In this document: positions 16,660-25,192 of the stretch, piece after piece
How positions within the stretch are numbered: the first letter of the stretch is position 1
How the letters are laid out: each line of letters opens with the position of its first letter
Origin: a virus
Strand: one strand, 5' to 3'
IMG/VR virus record: IMGVR_UViG_3300012153_000001
Span: 1,190-65,189 of that record
DNA length: 64,000 bases
Translations under genes and position numbers: made by a program
The notes under the pieces: generated by a model
Seen by the model: the letters and a program-made list of their open reading frames with translations, nothing else
The model's database searches: none
What the model was told of the DNA's origin: nothing

Positions 16660-17559
16660 ATGGAACAGCGTAAATATACGAGTATTGTACGAATGGGACA
16701 TCGCGATACTGTAGGAGTCGTTAAGGAAGGCGACTATATCACGGTATACGAAAAGTTGGACGGAGCTAACGCGTCGTTTTCGCTAAGAGATGACGGAGAA
16801 GTCCTCGCGTTCTCACGTAACACGCAGCTCTCTCCGGAAAATAACCTACGTGGATTCTACGAGTTTACTCGCGGTATTAATCCTTCCGCACTAATGCCAG
16901 ACACTATTTACTACGGAGAATGGCTCGTTAAGCACAAAGTCGATTACGGAGACAAAGCGGCAACGTTCTATCTGTTCGATATCTACAGCACTATCGACGA
17001 AGATTACGCGCCAACTGACGTTGTTATCTCCGAGGCCGCATGGTTGGGACTCGCAATTGCACCGATCCTATACGCAGGCCCTTACGTATCATTCGAACAC
17101 CTGCAATCGCTGGTTGGGCGGTCTTCATACGCGGTAAACGCAGCAGGCGGCGAAGGCATCGTCGTCAAGAACGTTAATTTCCGGGATCAGTACGGTAAGC
17201 AAACGTTTATGAAGCTCGTTAGCGAAGAATTCCGCGAGATGCAGCCGCAGAAGGCTCCGCGTGATCCTAACGCTGTGGAAACGGTCGAGACGGCGTTCGT
17301 CAAAACGTACCTGACCGAGGCGCGCGTCGATAAGCTATTACGCAAACTCGTTGATGAGGCGATTATTCCGGAAGCGTTCGGACTAGAGGATATGGGCGTC
17401 ATCCTGCGTGAGCTTGGCGGCCGCGTATACGATGACCTATTGAAAGAGGAGAGCGCGGACTTACCAGCGGACTTTGACGAGAAGGGATTGCGCAAGGCGA
17501 TCGGAAGGGTATTACCGGTACTTGTACGCGAAATTATTAACGGAGAGGTGGCTGCGTAA
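16660..17559 (+). CDS. ATP-dependent RNA ligase (Rnl2-like)
   Basis: Nucleotidyltransferase motifs I EKLDGAN, III YYGEW, IV EGIVVK and V FMKLVSEEF, arranged as in T4 Rnl2. Confidence 0.7.
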   Translation: MEQRKYTSIVRMGHRDTVGVVKEGDYITVYEKLDGANASFSLRDDGEVLAFSRNTQLSPENNLRGFYEFTRGINPSALMPDTIYYGEWLVKHKVDYGDKAATFYLFDIYSTIDEDYAPTDVVISEAAWLGLAIAPILYAGPYVSFEHLQSLVGRSSYAVNAAGGEGIVVKNVNFRDQYGKQTFMKLVSEEFREMQPQKAPRDPNAVETVETAFVKTYLTEARVDKLLRKLVDEAIIPEAFGLEDMGVILRELGGRVYDDLLKEESADLPADFDEKGLRKAIGRVLPVLVREIINGEVAA

Positions 17560-18183
17560 ATGAACGAAATAGTAACGGTAATTGACATCGAAACAACCGG
17601 ACTTGACCCGCTCACCGATCATATTACGGAAATCGCCGCCATCCGTGCGGAAGTTGGGTCGGGCAGTTACATCCGCGAGATCGGACGGTTCCAGACGTAC
17701 GTTGCACTTCCGCTGGGTGTTAGGATTCCGGAGAAGATTACGGAGTTGACCGGAATTAAGGCGGAGGATTTGCGCGATGCTCCTTCGGAAATAAACGCTT
17801 GGACAATGTTACAGCGACTGTCTCGGGGATCTCGATTAGTGGCGCATAATGCTCCGTTCGATCTCGCGTTTATTAGGCCGGTAATGCACCAAGGATTCGC
17901 CTGCACTCGCGCCATGTCCCGCCTAATTGATCCGGACGAGAACGCAAGCCTTGCGCCGACATGTGAGCGTTACGGAATCGCGCTTAACGGACATCACCGC
18001 GCTATGAATGACGTGGAGGCTACGCTGCAGCTTTACGCAATCCTGCGGGAGAAAGCGGAAGTTAACGGAATCACATACCGCAATGTCGTCGTTGATAGCG
18101 CGGAACGGCCGCTGACGTATACGCCGCCTGGCGCGATTGTGCGTACGATTACGCGGAAACAACAAACTAAGGAGGCGGTTTAA
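17560..18183 (+). CDS. DnaQ-like 3'-5' exonuclease
   Basis: Exo I VIDIETTGLDP, Exo II AHNAPFDLAF, Exo III HRAMNDVEA. Confidence 0.8.
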   Translation: MNEIVTVIDIETTGLDPLTDHITEIAAIRAEVGSGSYIREIGRFQTYVALPLGVRIPEKITELTGIKAEDLRDAPSEINAWTMLQRLSRGSRLVAHNAPFDLAFIRPVMHQGFACTRAMSRLIDPDENASLAPTCERYGIALNGHHRAMNDVEATLQLYAILREKAEVNGITYRNVVVDSAERPLTYTPPGAIVRTITRKQQTKEAV

Positions 18184-19233
18184 ATTACGGATAACCAACT
18201 AATCGCAAATAGAATCGCGGAGCAATTTACGGTATTCCTGAACGAGTGGCATTCCGCGCCAGAAGTGTACGACGACGCTCTCGACGCGCAGATTCACGGC
18301 TGGTATCAAAACGTACTTACGGACAAATCACGCAAAGTATGGCCGCCGCGGAACATTCCGTACTTCTCGCCAAGCTCCTCCAACTCCGATGCACGCGGCC
18401 TCTACGAAAAGATGCGCGGCGCTAAGCGTGAGTCATCCGACCGACCTGCGCATCAAGGACGTTGGGTCCGGATAGGGACGGCAATTGGCGATGTCATTCA
18501 GCGCGATATTCTGTTCGCGGAGAAACATTACGCACGCCATTACGGAGAGAATCCGCGCTTCACATTCGACCGTAACGAACGCGGCGAGCCGGTATTCGAG
18601 GACTTCGCTAAACGCGGCCATATCGTTAATCACGGCGGCCAGACATTCGCGTTATATGGAACATGCGACGGAATCATGCAAGTTTACGTACCGGAGCTCG
18701 GCCGGACGGTGCGCGTCGGCCTCGAAATTAAATCGAAGCAAGGAACGTACTCCGCGACATCCGGATATTCCACGAGGAATGGCGCGAAGGAAGACCACGT
18801 TAAGCAATGCGTCTGCTACTCGATTATGTATGACGTTGACTTCTACGTAATCCTCTACGTTAACGCGAGTAAGAAGGCGTGGGCGATGCCTGACGTGGAT
18901 ATCGAAAAGTATCCGGACATTGCGGCGTTCGGCCTGCATATTACGGATGCGATGCGCGGTGAAATGCTTGACCACTTCGCCGAAATCGTTGACGCTGCGA
19001 ATAAAGGCGAGCCGCCTGCGCTGGATCTCGATAAGTGGTTATTCCTAGACTTCAAGCGGACGGTATCCTTGTCACTTTCGGAAGACGAGGTGGAAGCGTT
19101 AAGGCGCAAAGTAGCCGCGATTATGAGATCGAACCTGCCGGACTGGAAGAAGCGCGGGCCGGCGGAGGCGTTAGCGGATATTGAGCGGATTAGGGAGGAA
19201 GAGGCGGAGAGCCAAACGAAGGAGGCTGCGTAA
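18184..19233 (+). CDS. PD-(D/E)XK (RecB/YqaJ-type) nuclease, probable ATT start
   Basis: GTCDGIM...GLEIKSK core. AAGGAGG (18169-18175), 8 nt, then ATT 18184. The first canonical start, GTG 18265, has no SD. Confidence 0.6.
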   Translation: MTDNQLIANRIAEQFTVFLNEWHSAPEVYDDALDAQIHGWYQNVLTDKSRKVWPPRNIPYFSPSSSNSDARGLYEKMRGAKRESSDRPAHQGRWVRIGTAIGDVIQRDILFAEKHYARHYGENPRFTFDRNERGEPVFEDFAKRGHIVNHGGQTFALYGTCDGIMQVYVPELGRTVRVGLEIKSKQGTYSATSGYSTRNGAKEDHVKQCVCYSIMYDVDFYVILYVNASKKAWAMPDVDIEKYPDIAAFGLHITDAMRGEMLDHFAEIVDAANKGEPPALDLDKWLFLDFKRTVSLSLSEDEVEALRRKVAAIMRSNLPDWKKRGPAEALADIERIREEEAESQTKEAA

Positions 19234-19235
19234 TT

Positions 19236-19448
19236 ATGAACGTACTCAAACGCATACTTAACGGAATTGCATATGTAGGTGTGACCGCCGCTACTCTATA
19301 CGGCTTGATGCTGTGGATTATCCTGCTCGCGAATAGTGGGAATACGTGGCTAACTCGGATTGGATTTGCGTTAATCATTCTCGCGCTATTTATCCAGGGA
19401 TACACGTCAGGAGGCGATAACAATAGCGAAGCCAAAAGCGCAGACTAA
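19236..19448 (+). CDS. small membrane protein
   Basis: SD AAGGAGG upstream. Two hydrophobic helices. Confidence 0.5.
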   Translation: MNVLKRILNGIAYVGVTAATLYGLMLWIILLANSGNTWLTRIGFALIILALFIQGYTSGGDNNSEAKSAD

Positions 19449-19959
19449 ACGTTACGCCGGACTCGACCTTTCGTTAACTTCGCCAGGCTTTGCGGTTGTG
19501 GACGTGAAGAATCGCGTCCCTAAGTTAGTCGCCACATCCATCGTTAAAACTGACGCAGGCGAGGCGCGCCCGTTACGCTACGAAGTCATCGAAGCTCACG
19601 CGTTATTATTCTTCCGCGAACATAAGCCTGATTCCGAAATCATTCGTGAGATATGGCCGCCAGCGCGTAACTACGAACAGAACGATAAGGTTCATGGAGC
19701 ATGGTCGGCGGTTGATCGCGCACTATCGCGGCTTGGCTACGAGGTTGCGGAGAATCTGACACCACCTAACGTTAAGAAACTCGTAACAGGAAACGGTCGC
19801 GCTGAGAAACCGCAAGTTGCGGAAAGCGTGCGGAAGATACTACGGCTCGGCCCTGATTACAAGTTCGCGTCCGGCTACGATGACTCGGATGCTGCAGCGG
19901 TAATTCTGGCGTACCTTATCCGCGAGAACTTAATTGATACGGAAGTGGCCGCGGCATGA
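19423..19959 (+). CDS. RuvC-like Holliday junction resolvase, probable ATA start
   Basis: AGGAGG (19409-19414), 8 nt, then ATA 19423. The catalytic-type N-terminus YAGLDLSLTSPGFAV lies upstream of the first canonical start (GTG 19498). A DDSDAAAVILAY motif is also present. Confidence 0.65.
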   Translation: MAKPKAQTKRYAGLDLSLTSPGFAVVDVKNRVPKLVATSIVKTDAGEARPLRYEVIEAHALLFFREHKPDSEIIREIWPPARNYEQNDKVHGAWSAVDRALSRLGYEVAENLTPPNVKKLVTGNGRAEKPQVAESVRKILRLGPDYKFASGYDDSDAAAVILAYLIRENLIDTEVAAA

Positions 19960-20114
19960 GCGAACTAGCCGCACGCCTCGCCGAACACCAGCGCCAGGAA
20001 ATCGCAGCCCTCGAACGGTCCGTCGCAGTATACCGAGGGCTTGCGGAGAAGTATGAACGTAGGCTCGCCGAAGCCCGCGCAATATACGAAAGGAGCGAGC
20101 GCGAAGAATGCTAG
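19956..20114 (+). CDS. small coiled-coil protein (52 aa)
   Basis: ATGA overlap with the previous stop, and the ORF overlaps the nrdI start. Short. Confidence 0.35.
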   Translation: MSELAARLAEHQRQEIAALERSVAVYRGLAEKYERRLAEARAIYERSEREEC

Positions 20115-20470
20115 TCGTCTACGCATCACGTACGGGAAATGTCGGCCTATTCGCGCGGCGTCTCCCTTATCCTACAGCTAAACTTACGGAGGATCTACGC
20201 GTAACTGAGCCGTTTATCCTCGTGACATATACGGATAAGATCGGAGAGGTTCCGTCCAAGACACGTGCTTTCCTCGCATATAACAACGAATACTTACGCG
20301 GCGTGGCAGCGTCCGGCAACCGTAATTTCGGACCAGCTTACGCACTCGCCGCGGATCAAATAGCGAAACAATACGGAGTGCCGATCGTTTGCAAGTTCGA
20401 ACTGGCGGGCACGCCTACCGACATACAAAAATTCACCGAAGGAGTGGACGCGCTTGTCAAGTACCTATAA
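20108..20470 (+). CDS. nrdI: flavodoxin-like NrdI
   Basis: N-terminal MLVVYASRTGNV. Size and position directly upstream of nrdE fit NrdI. Confidence 0.85.
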   Translation: MLVVYASRTGNVGLFARRLPYPTAKLTEDLRVTEPFILVTYTDKIGEVPSKTRAFLAYNNEYLRGVAASGNRNFGPAYALAADQIAKQYGVPIVCKFELAGTPTDIQKFTEGVDALVKYL

Positions 20471-22550
20471 ATATATCGAACTCAATAACGAGGTTACCGT
20501 AATGAAGGACGGTTTTTACCAACTCGAAAAGGATACGGAGGCCGTCGACGAGTTCATGCGCTTCATCCGCGATAATAAGATGCGGTTTGACTCCGTAATG
20601 GCGCGCGTTCATTATATGGTCGACAACGGGTATTACTATCCGGAAGTCCTGGCGCAATATACTCCGGAGCAAATTACGGATGTTCACCGCATGGCTGACG
20701 ACGCTGGCTTGCGATTCGCTTCGTACATGGCCGCGTTCAAATATTATACGGATTACGCGCTTAAGACTCGCGACAAGAAAACGTACCTGGAATCGCCAGA
20801 GGAACGTTACGCAATCATCGCGTTATACCTGGCTCAAGGTAATTACGAACAAGCGCGGGAACTTATGTGGGGCTACCTAAACGGAGTTCAACCGGCCACG
20901 CCTACGTTCCTTAACGCAGGCAAAGCGAGACGCGGCGAGATGGTATCGTGTTTCCTTACGGAGCTTGACGACAGCCTTAACGCAATTGGCCACGCACATA
21001 ATACCGCGATGCAACTTTCGAAGATTGGCGGAGGTGTGGCGCTGAATCTATCGAAACTGCGCGGACGTGGCGAGGCGATTAAAGAGGAGGAAGGCGTAGC
21101 AAAAGGCATCCTTCCGGTCGCCAAACAACTAGAAATGGCGTTCTCATACGCGGACCAAATGGGACAGCGTAAAGGTAGCGGGGCGGTCTATTACAACATC
21201 TTCGGATGGGACGTGATGGAGCTGCTTGACGCGAAGAAGATTAACGCGGATGAACGGTCGCGCCTTAAAACGTTGTCTATCGGACTTATCGTTCCGTCCA
21301 AGTTTATCGAGCTTGCGGAGACTAACGAGCCGTATTACGTATTCGCGCCATACACCGTCTTCAAAGCGTATGGAACGCACTTGGACGATATGGATATTAG
21401 CGCGATGTATGACGAGTTGGTTGCGAATCCGGTCATTAAGAAGCGCGAGTTAAATGCGCGTGATATGTTGACGAAGATTGCGACAACGCAACTTGAATCC
21501 GGATATCCGTATCTCATGTTCAAGGACAACGCGAATGACGGACATGCGCTGAAAGGCGTCGGTCAGGTGAAGATGTCAAACCTCTGCACGGAAATTTTCC
21601 AGTTGATGGAAACTAATATCATCAACGATTACGGTGAGCCTGACGAAATCGGCCTCGATATCTCGTGTAACCTCGCGTCACTCAATATCGTTACTGCTAT
21701 GGATTCCGGAGATTTACGCCGCGCTGTTCATTCCGCAATGGACTCGCTGACCGCAGTATCCGATATGACTGCGATCGCCAATGCACCAGGCGTCCGCAAA
21801 GCTAACGATTTAATGCATAGCGTCGGCCTCGGCGCAATGAACCTACACGGTTTCCTTATGAAGAACCGCATATCGTATCAATCCGAGTTGGGACGTGAGT
21901 TTGCGGACGCCTTCTTCGCCGCGATCAACTATTACTCGCTGGAACGTTCGATGCAAATCGCTAAGGAGCGCGGAGAGTCATTCTACGGATTCGACCGTTC
22001 TGATTACGCAAGCGGCGCGTACTTTACGCAATATATCGAAAATGATTTCCGTCCGAAGTTCGAAAAAGTAGCGGATTTGTTCGCAGCTTCGGGAATCGTT
22101 CTTCCGGGACCTGACGAATGGGAACGTTTGGCCGCGGAAGTTAAAGAATACGGATTGTGGCACGCGTATAGACTTGCGATTGCACCTACGCAAAGTATTT
22201 CGTACGTTCAGAACGCGACGAGCTCCGTATTGCCGATTTCTGACGTAATGGAGACGCGGACCTACGGAAACTCTACGACGTACTATCCGGCTCCGTTCCT
22301 GGCGCGTGACAATATGATTTCGTATACCAGCGCGTTCAATATGGACCAGCGGAAAATACTCGAAATGGTTGCGACAATTCAGCGCCACGTTGACCAAGGG
22401 ATATCAACGATACTCTACGTAGACTCGAAAACGCCAACTAATGAACTCGTCCGCTATTATCTATACGCGCACAAACTCGGCCTTAAGTCGCTGTACTATA
22501 CGCGGAATAAACTACTGTCCGTAGCTGAATGCACATCTTGCGCTGTCTAA
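20454..22550 (+). CDS. nrdE: class Ib ribonucleotide reductase alpha subunit
   Basis: N-terminal YIELNNEV, NLCTEI active-site region, and a C-terminal CxxC tail (ECTSCAV). 698 aa. Confidence 0.92.
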   Translation: MSSTYKYIELNNEVTVMKDGFYQLEKDTEAVDEFMRFIRDNKMRFDSVMARVHYMVDNGYYYPEVLAQYTPEQITDVHRMADDAGLRFASYMAAFKYYTDYALKTRDKKTYLESPEERYAIIALYLAQGNYEQARELMWGYLNGVQPATPTFLNAGKARRGEMVSCFLTELDDSLNAIGHAHNTAMQLSKIGGGVALNLSKLRGRGEAIKEEEGVAKGILPVAKQLEMAFSYADQMGQRKGSGAVYYNIFGWDVMELLDAKKINADERSRLKTLSIGLIVPSKFIELAETNEPYYVFAPYTVFKAYGTHLDDMDISAMYDELVANPVIKKRELNARDMLTKIATTQLESGYPYLMFKDNANDGHALKGVGQVKMSNLCTEIFQLMETNIINDYGEPDEIGLDISCNLASLNIVTAMDSGDLRRAVHSAMDSLTAVSDMTAIANAPGVRKANDLMHSVGLGAMNLHGFLMKNRISYQSELGREFADAFFAAINYYSLERSMQIAKERGESFYGFDRSDYASGAYFTQYIENDFRPKFEKVADLFAASGIVLPGPDEWERLAAEVKEYGLWHAYRLAIAPTQSISYVQNATSSVLPISDVMETRTYGNSTTYYPAPFLARDNMISYTSAFNMDQRKILEMVATIQRHVDQGISTILYVDSKTPTNELVRYYLYAHKLGLKSLYYTRNKLLSVAECTSCAV

Positions 22551-22575
22551 ATACGAGAGGAGACTGATATCTTAA

Positions 22576-23538
22576 ATGACGAACATTATCCGCGCTGTGA
22601 ATTGGAACCGACCTGACGACGACTACTCCGAGGATTTCCTCGACCAGAACTTTATGCAAATATGGCGCGAGCACGAAATCCCGCTTGATGACGATAAGAT
22701 GGCGTGGCTTGCGCTGAGTGATACGGAGCGTGACGTGTATAAGAAGGTGCTTGGCGGCCTTACATTTCTAGATACGGAGCAAGGTTCCGAAGGGATGCCG
22801 CTTATTATGCAGCACGTCGAGAGCGCGCAGAAGAAGGCGGTCCTATCGTTCATGGGCATGATGGAGCATATCCACGCGAAGTCTTATAGCGCAATCTTCG
22901 CAACGCTCACCTCTACGGAAGAGTCCGACCGCGTATTCGAATGGACCGTAGCCAATCCGTTCCTACGGCGCAAGGGCGAAATCATTAGCGGATATTACCG
23001 TTCCATTACGTCGCCTGAGCGCTTATACATGGCGATGGTTGCGTCGGTATTCCTGGAATCCGCGCTGTTCTATTCCGGATTCTACTATCCGCTATTACTC
23101 GCAGGACGCGGCAAGATGACGGCCAGCGGCGAGATTATCGATTTGATCATGCGCGATGAGGCGGTGCACGGTCAGTACATTGGAACACTAGCACGTGAGG
23201 TGTACGCTGATCTTCCGCAAGAGTCGCAGGAGGCGCTTGACCGCGAAGTCGCCGTATTGCTGCGCCGGCTTTACGATAATGAGGCGGGGTATACCGTTGA
23301 TTTGTACGCGCCAATCGGACTTGAGGAGGACGTGCTGCGGTTCCTGCGTTACAACTTTAATCGTGCGCTTATGAATCTCGGACGGCCTACGCATTTTCCC
23401 GACGAAGATATCAATCCGATCGTACTCAACGGGATTAATACCGCGACGAAGATACACGATTTCTTCTCGAAGAAAGGTAACGGATATCAGAAGGCGGTCA
23501 ATATCGTACCGCTTACGGATGCTGATTTCGCGGTATAG
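22576..23538 (+). CDS. nrdF: class Ib ribonucleotide reductase beta subunit
   Basis: Di-metal/tyrosyl radical motifs EHIHAKSYS and RDEAVHG. 320 aa. Confidence 0.92.
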   Translation: MTNIIRAVNWNRPDDDYSEDFLDQNFMQIWREHEIPLDDDKMAWLALSDTERDVYKKVLGGLTFLDTEQGSEGMPLIMQHVESAQKKAVLSFMGMMEHIHAKSYSAIFATLTSTEESDRVFEWTVANPFLRRKGEIISGYYRSITSPERLYMAMVASVFLESALFYSGFYYPLLLAGRGKMTASGEIIDLIMRDEAVHGQYIGTLAREVYADLPQESQEALDREVAVLLRRLYDNEAGYTVDLYAPIGLEEDVLRFLRYNFNRALMNLGRPTHFPDEDINPIVLNGINTATKIHDFFSKKGNGYQKAVNIVPLTDADFAV

Positions 23539-23548
23539 AACGGACACT

Positions 23549-23583
23549 AACGGAGGGCCTACGGGCTGCTCCGTTATTTTTTT
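23549..23583 (+). terminator. rho-independent terminator after nrdF
   Basis: AACGGAG...CTCCGTT stem followed by a T-run at 23577-23583. Confidence 0.75.
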
Positions 23584-23590
23584 ATCTGCA

Positions 23591-23632
23591 ATGTCCCAAT
23601 CTGCTCAATTCGTGTCCTTATATAGTATGTAA
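23591..23632 (+). promoter_or_regulatory. 42-bp conserved promoter/operator-like element, copy 2
   Basis: ATGTCCCAAT-N7-ATTCGTGTCCTTATATAGTATGTAA. Block spacing is identical to 8786-8827. Confidence 0.6.
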
Positions 23633-23668
23633 GACGGAAACACACTCAAACGAAACGGAGATGATACG

Positions 23669-24547
23669 ATGTCAAACGTTAATCAAACGTATCGAGAAGT
23701 CCAACGCAAAGCCAACGCAGGTGAGCGCATCAAGATCGTAGCCGCCGCGGTCACTGGCGGTAGTTACCACAACGGTGACGAGCTCGTAGTTAGTGCCGTC
23801 CAGCCGTCTGGAGTACTCGCGACACTTGCGGACGGATATCGCGCAGGTATCTGGCACCGCGAATACGTAGTCCTCGAACCTATCGTAGCTCCCGCGCCAT
23901 CAAACGTTAACCTCCCGGACCTCTTCGCACAATTCATCCGGGACAATGCGCCGGCCGTACGCAGCTACTTGGCGGAGGTTGATCCGGTTGATAGCGCGGA
24001 GATCAACGAACCGGCCCCGCTGATACGCGCCAAGGTTATCGAAATGGCTCGCGAAAGGGTTACGGAGTTGGAGCGGCTCGGTTCTGATCCTAACGCGGAA
24101 TTAGCGCAAGGTCCGTTCAAAACGAAGTTCTATAACGTAGAATTTCACGTTAACCGCGATAAACGGACAGTTACCGCATTAGTGCGTATGGGGCGGAGAC
24201 GGAGCGGAGATAAACCAGCCGCAGTAGGCATCGCTAAGGCCGCGCCCGACGACGTATTTAACGCAGACATCGGCAAGGCAATCGCGGCTGAACGAGCGCT
24301 CGGTCTGACGCTGACGGATGCGTTTGTGAATGCGCCGAAGCCGGAGAAGGCGGTACCTGGCGTCGTTATCCGTAAGATAAACGGAGCCCATATCGGTACA
24401 ACTCGCGTCATTGAACGGACAATATTGGACGGTACTAGATACGAATTTACCAACGGGTATAACTCGGAGATTCGTAACTGCGCGATTATCGACGACACCG
24501 ACGCAGATTACACGGAGTCGGCCGCAAAGGACGGTGAAGCCGCGTGA
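23669..24547 (+). CDS. repeat protein, paralog family member P2
   Basis: N-terminal unit YREVQRKANAGERIKIV...REYVVLEP. The C-terminal domain VEFHVNRDKRTVTALVR...APDDVFNADIGKAIAAERAL is shared with P3. Confidence 0.6.
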   Translation: MSNVNQTYREVQRKANAGERIKIVAAAVTGGSYHNGDELVVSAVQPSGVLATLADGYRAGIWHREYVVLEPIVAPAPSNVNLPDLFAQFIRDNAPAVRSYLAEVDPVDSAEINEPAPLIRAKVIEMARERVTELERLGSDPNAELAQGPFKTKFYNVEFHVNRDKRTVTALVRMGRRRSGDKPAAVGIAKAAPDDVFNADIGKAIAAERALGLTLTDAFVNAPKPEKAVPGVVIRKINGAHIGTTRVIERTILDGTRYEFTNGYNSEIRNCAIIDDTDADYTESAAKDGEAA

Positions 24548-24705
24548 CCAAAGACGAACTCATTATCGCACTCACAAAGCTAGATGCGCCAGGCAACGCG
24601 CAAATCCTCGTATGGAGTGAAGACGGCGAGAGACTTACGCTTAACAACGAAGCTCGCGCAGTCTATGACGGAAAGTATGTTGTAATCGAGGAGGTGGGCG
24701 CGTGA
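24544..24705 (+). CDS. small protein (53 aa), TK(D/A)ELI family
   Basis: GTGA overlap with the previous stop. The N-terminus VTKDELIIAL is paralogous to the next ORF. Confidence 0.35.
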   Translation: MTKDELIIALTKLDAPGNAQILVWSEDGERLTLNNEARAVYDGKYVVIEEVGA

Positions 24706-24851
24706 CTAAGGCGGAATTAATCGAACTTATCGAACGCTTTCCGGATGACGCGGAAGTTTGCGTAAGAGATGTTGACGGAGACTCTCACCGAAATGTGTAC
24801 GCGGTAATGTCCGGAGATAGAGTAGCGATTTGCTACGAATATGACCGCTAA
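24702..24851 (+). CDS. small protein (49 aa), TK(D/A)ELI family
   Basis: GTGA overlap with the previous stop. N-terminus VTKAELIELI. Confidence 0.35.
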   Translation: MTKAELIELIERFPDDAEVCVRDVDGDSHRNVYAVMSGDRVAICYEYDR

Positions 24852-24865
24852 AGGAGGGCGCAACT

Positions 24866-25012
24866 ATGGCGTATAAACTTGAACGCACCCCGACCGGATT
24901 CACCATAAGAACCGCGCCAGCCGATCGTATCGAACGCGAACAGGCTGCGCGTGATTGGGCGGCGATTGCGCTAGTGGTTGCGGGATTGGTCGCGGTGTGG
25001 GCGCTCGTGTGA
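24866..25012 (+). CDS. small C-terminally anchored membrane protein (48 aa)
   Basis: SD AAAGGAGGG upstream. C-terminal AAIALVVAGLVAVWALV. Confidence 0.4.
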   Translation: MAYKLERTPTGFTIRTAPADRIEREQAARDWAAIALVVAGLVAVWALV

Positions 25013-25039
25013 AACCTAATTTAACGAAGGAGTGATCGT

Positions 25040-25192
25040 ATGGAAGAAACGGTAACTATCGCAAAGTCGGAGTATGAACGCTTGGTACGAGATAGCGAAT
25101 TTCTCGGCGCGCTAGAAGCATGCGGCGTAGACAATTGGGGCGGGTATAGTGACGCGTGGGATTTGATGGACGAAGAGGAGGACGCCGAGTGA
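25040..25192 (+). CDS. small acidic protein (50 aa)
   Basis: SD GAAGGAG upstream. The stop overlaps the dUTPase GTG. Confidence 0.4.
   Translation: MEETVTIAKSEYERLVRDSEFLGALEACGVDNWGGYSDAWDLMDEEEDAE

Noticed and set aside
19236-19500. Frameshift fusion of the small membrane protein with the RuvC-like ORF
   Set aside because: No slippery heptamer is seen in the overlap, and a TM-resolvase fusion makes little biological sense. An internal SD with correct spacing to ATA 19423 is the simpler explanation.
25156-25188. Upstream start (25156) for the dUTPase ORF
   Set aside because: The extension MGFDGRRGGRR overlaps the preceding small gene. GTG 25189 gives the canonical dUTPase N-terminus and is coupled to the upstream stop.
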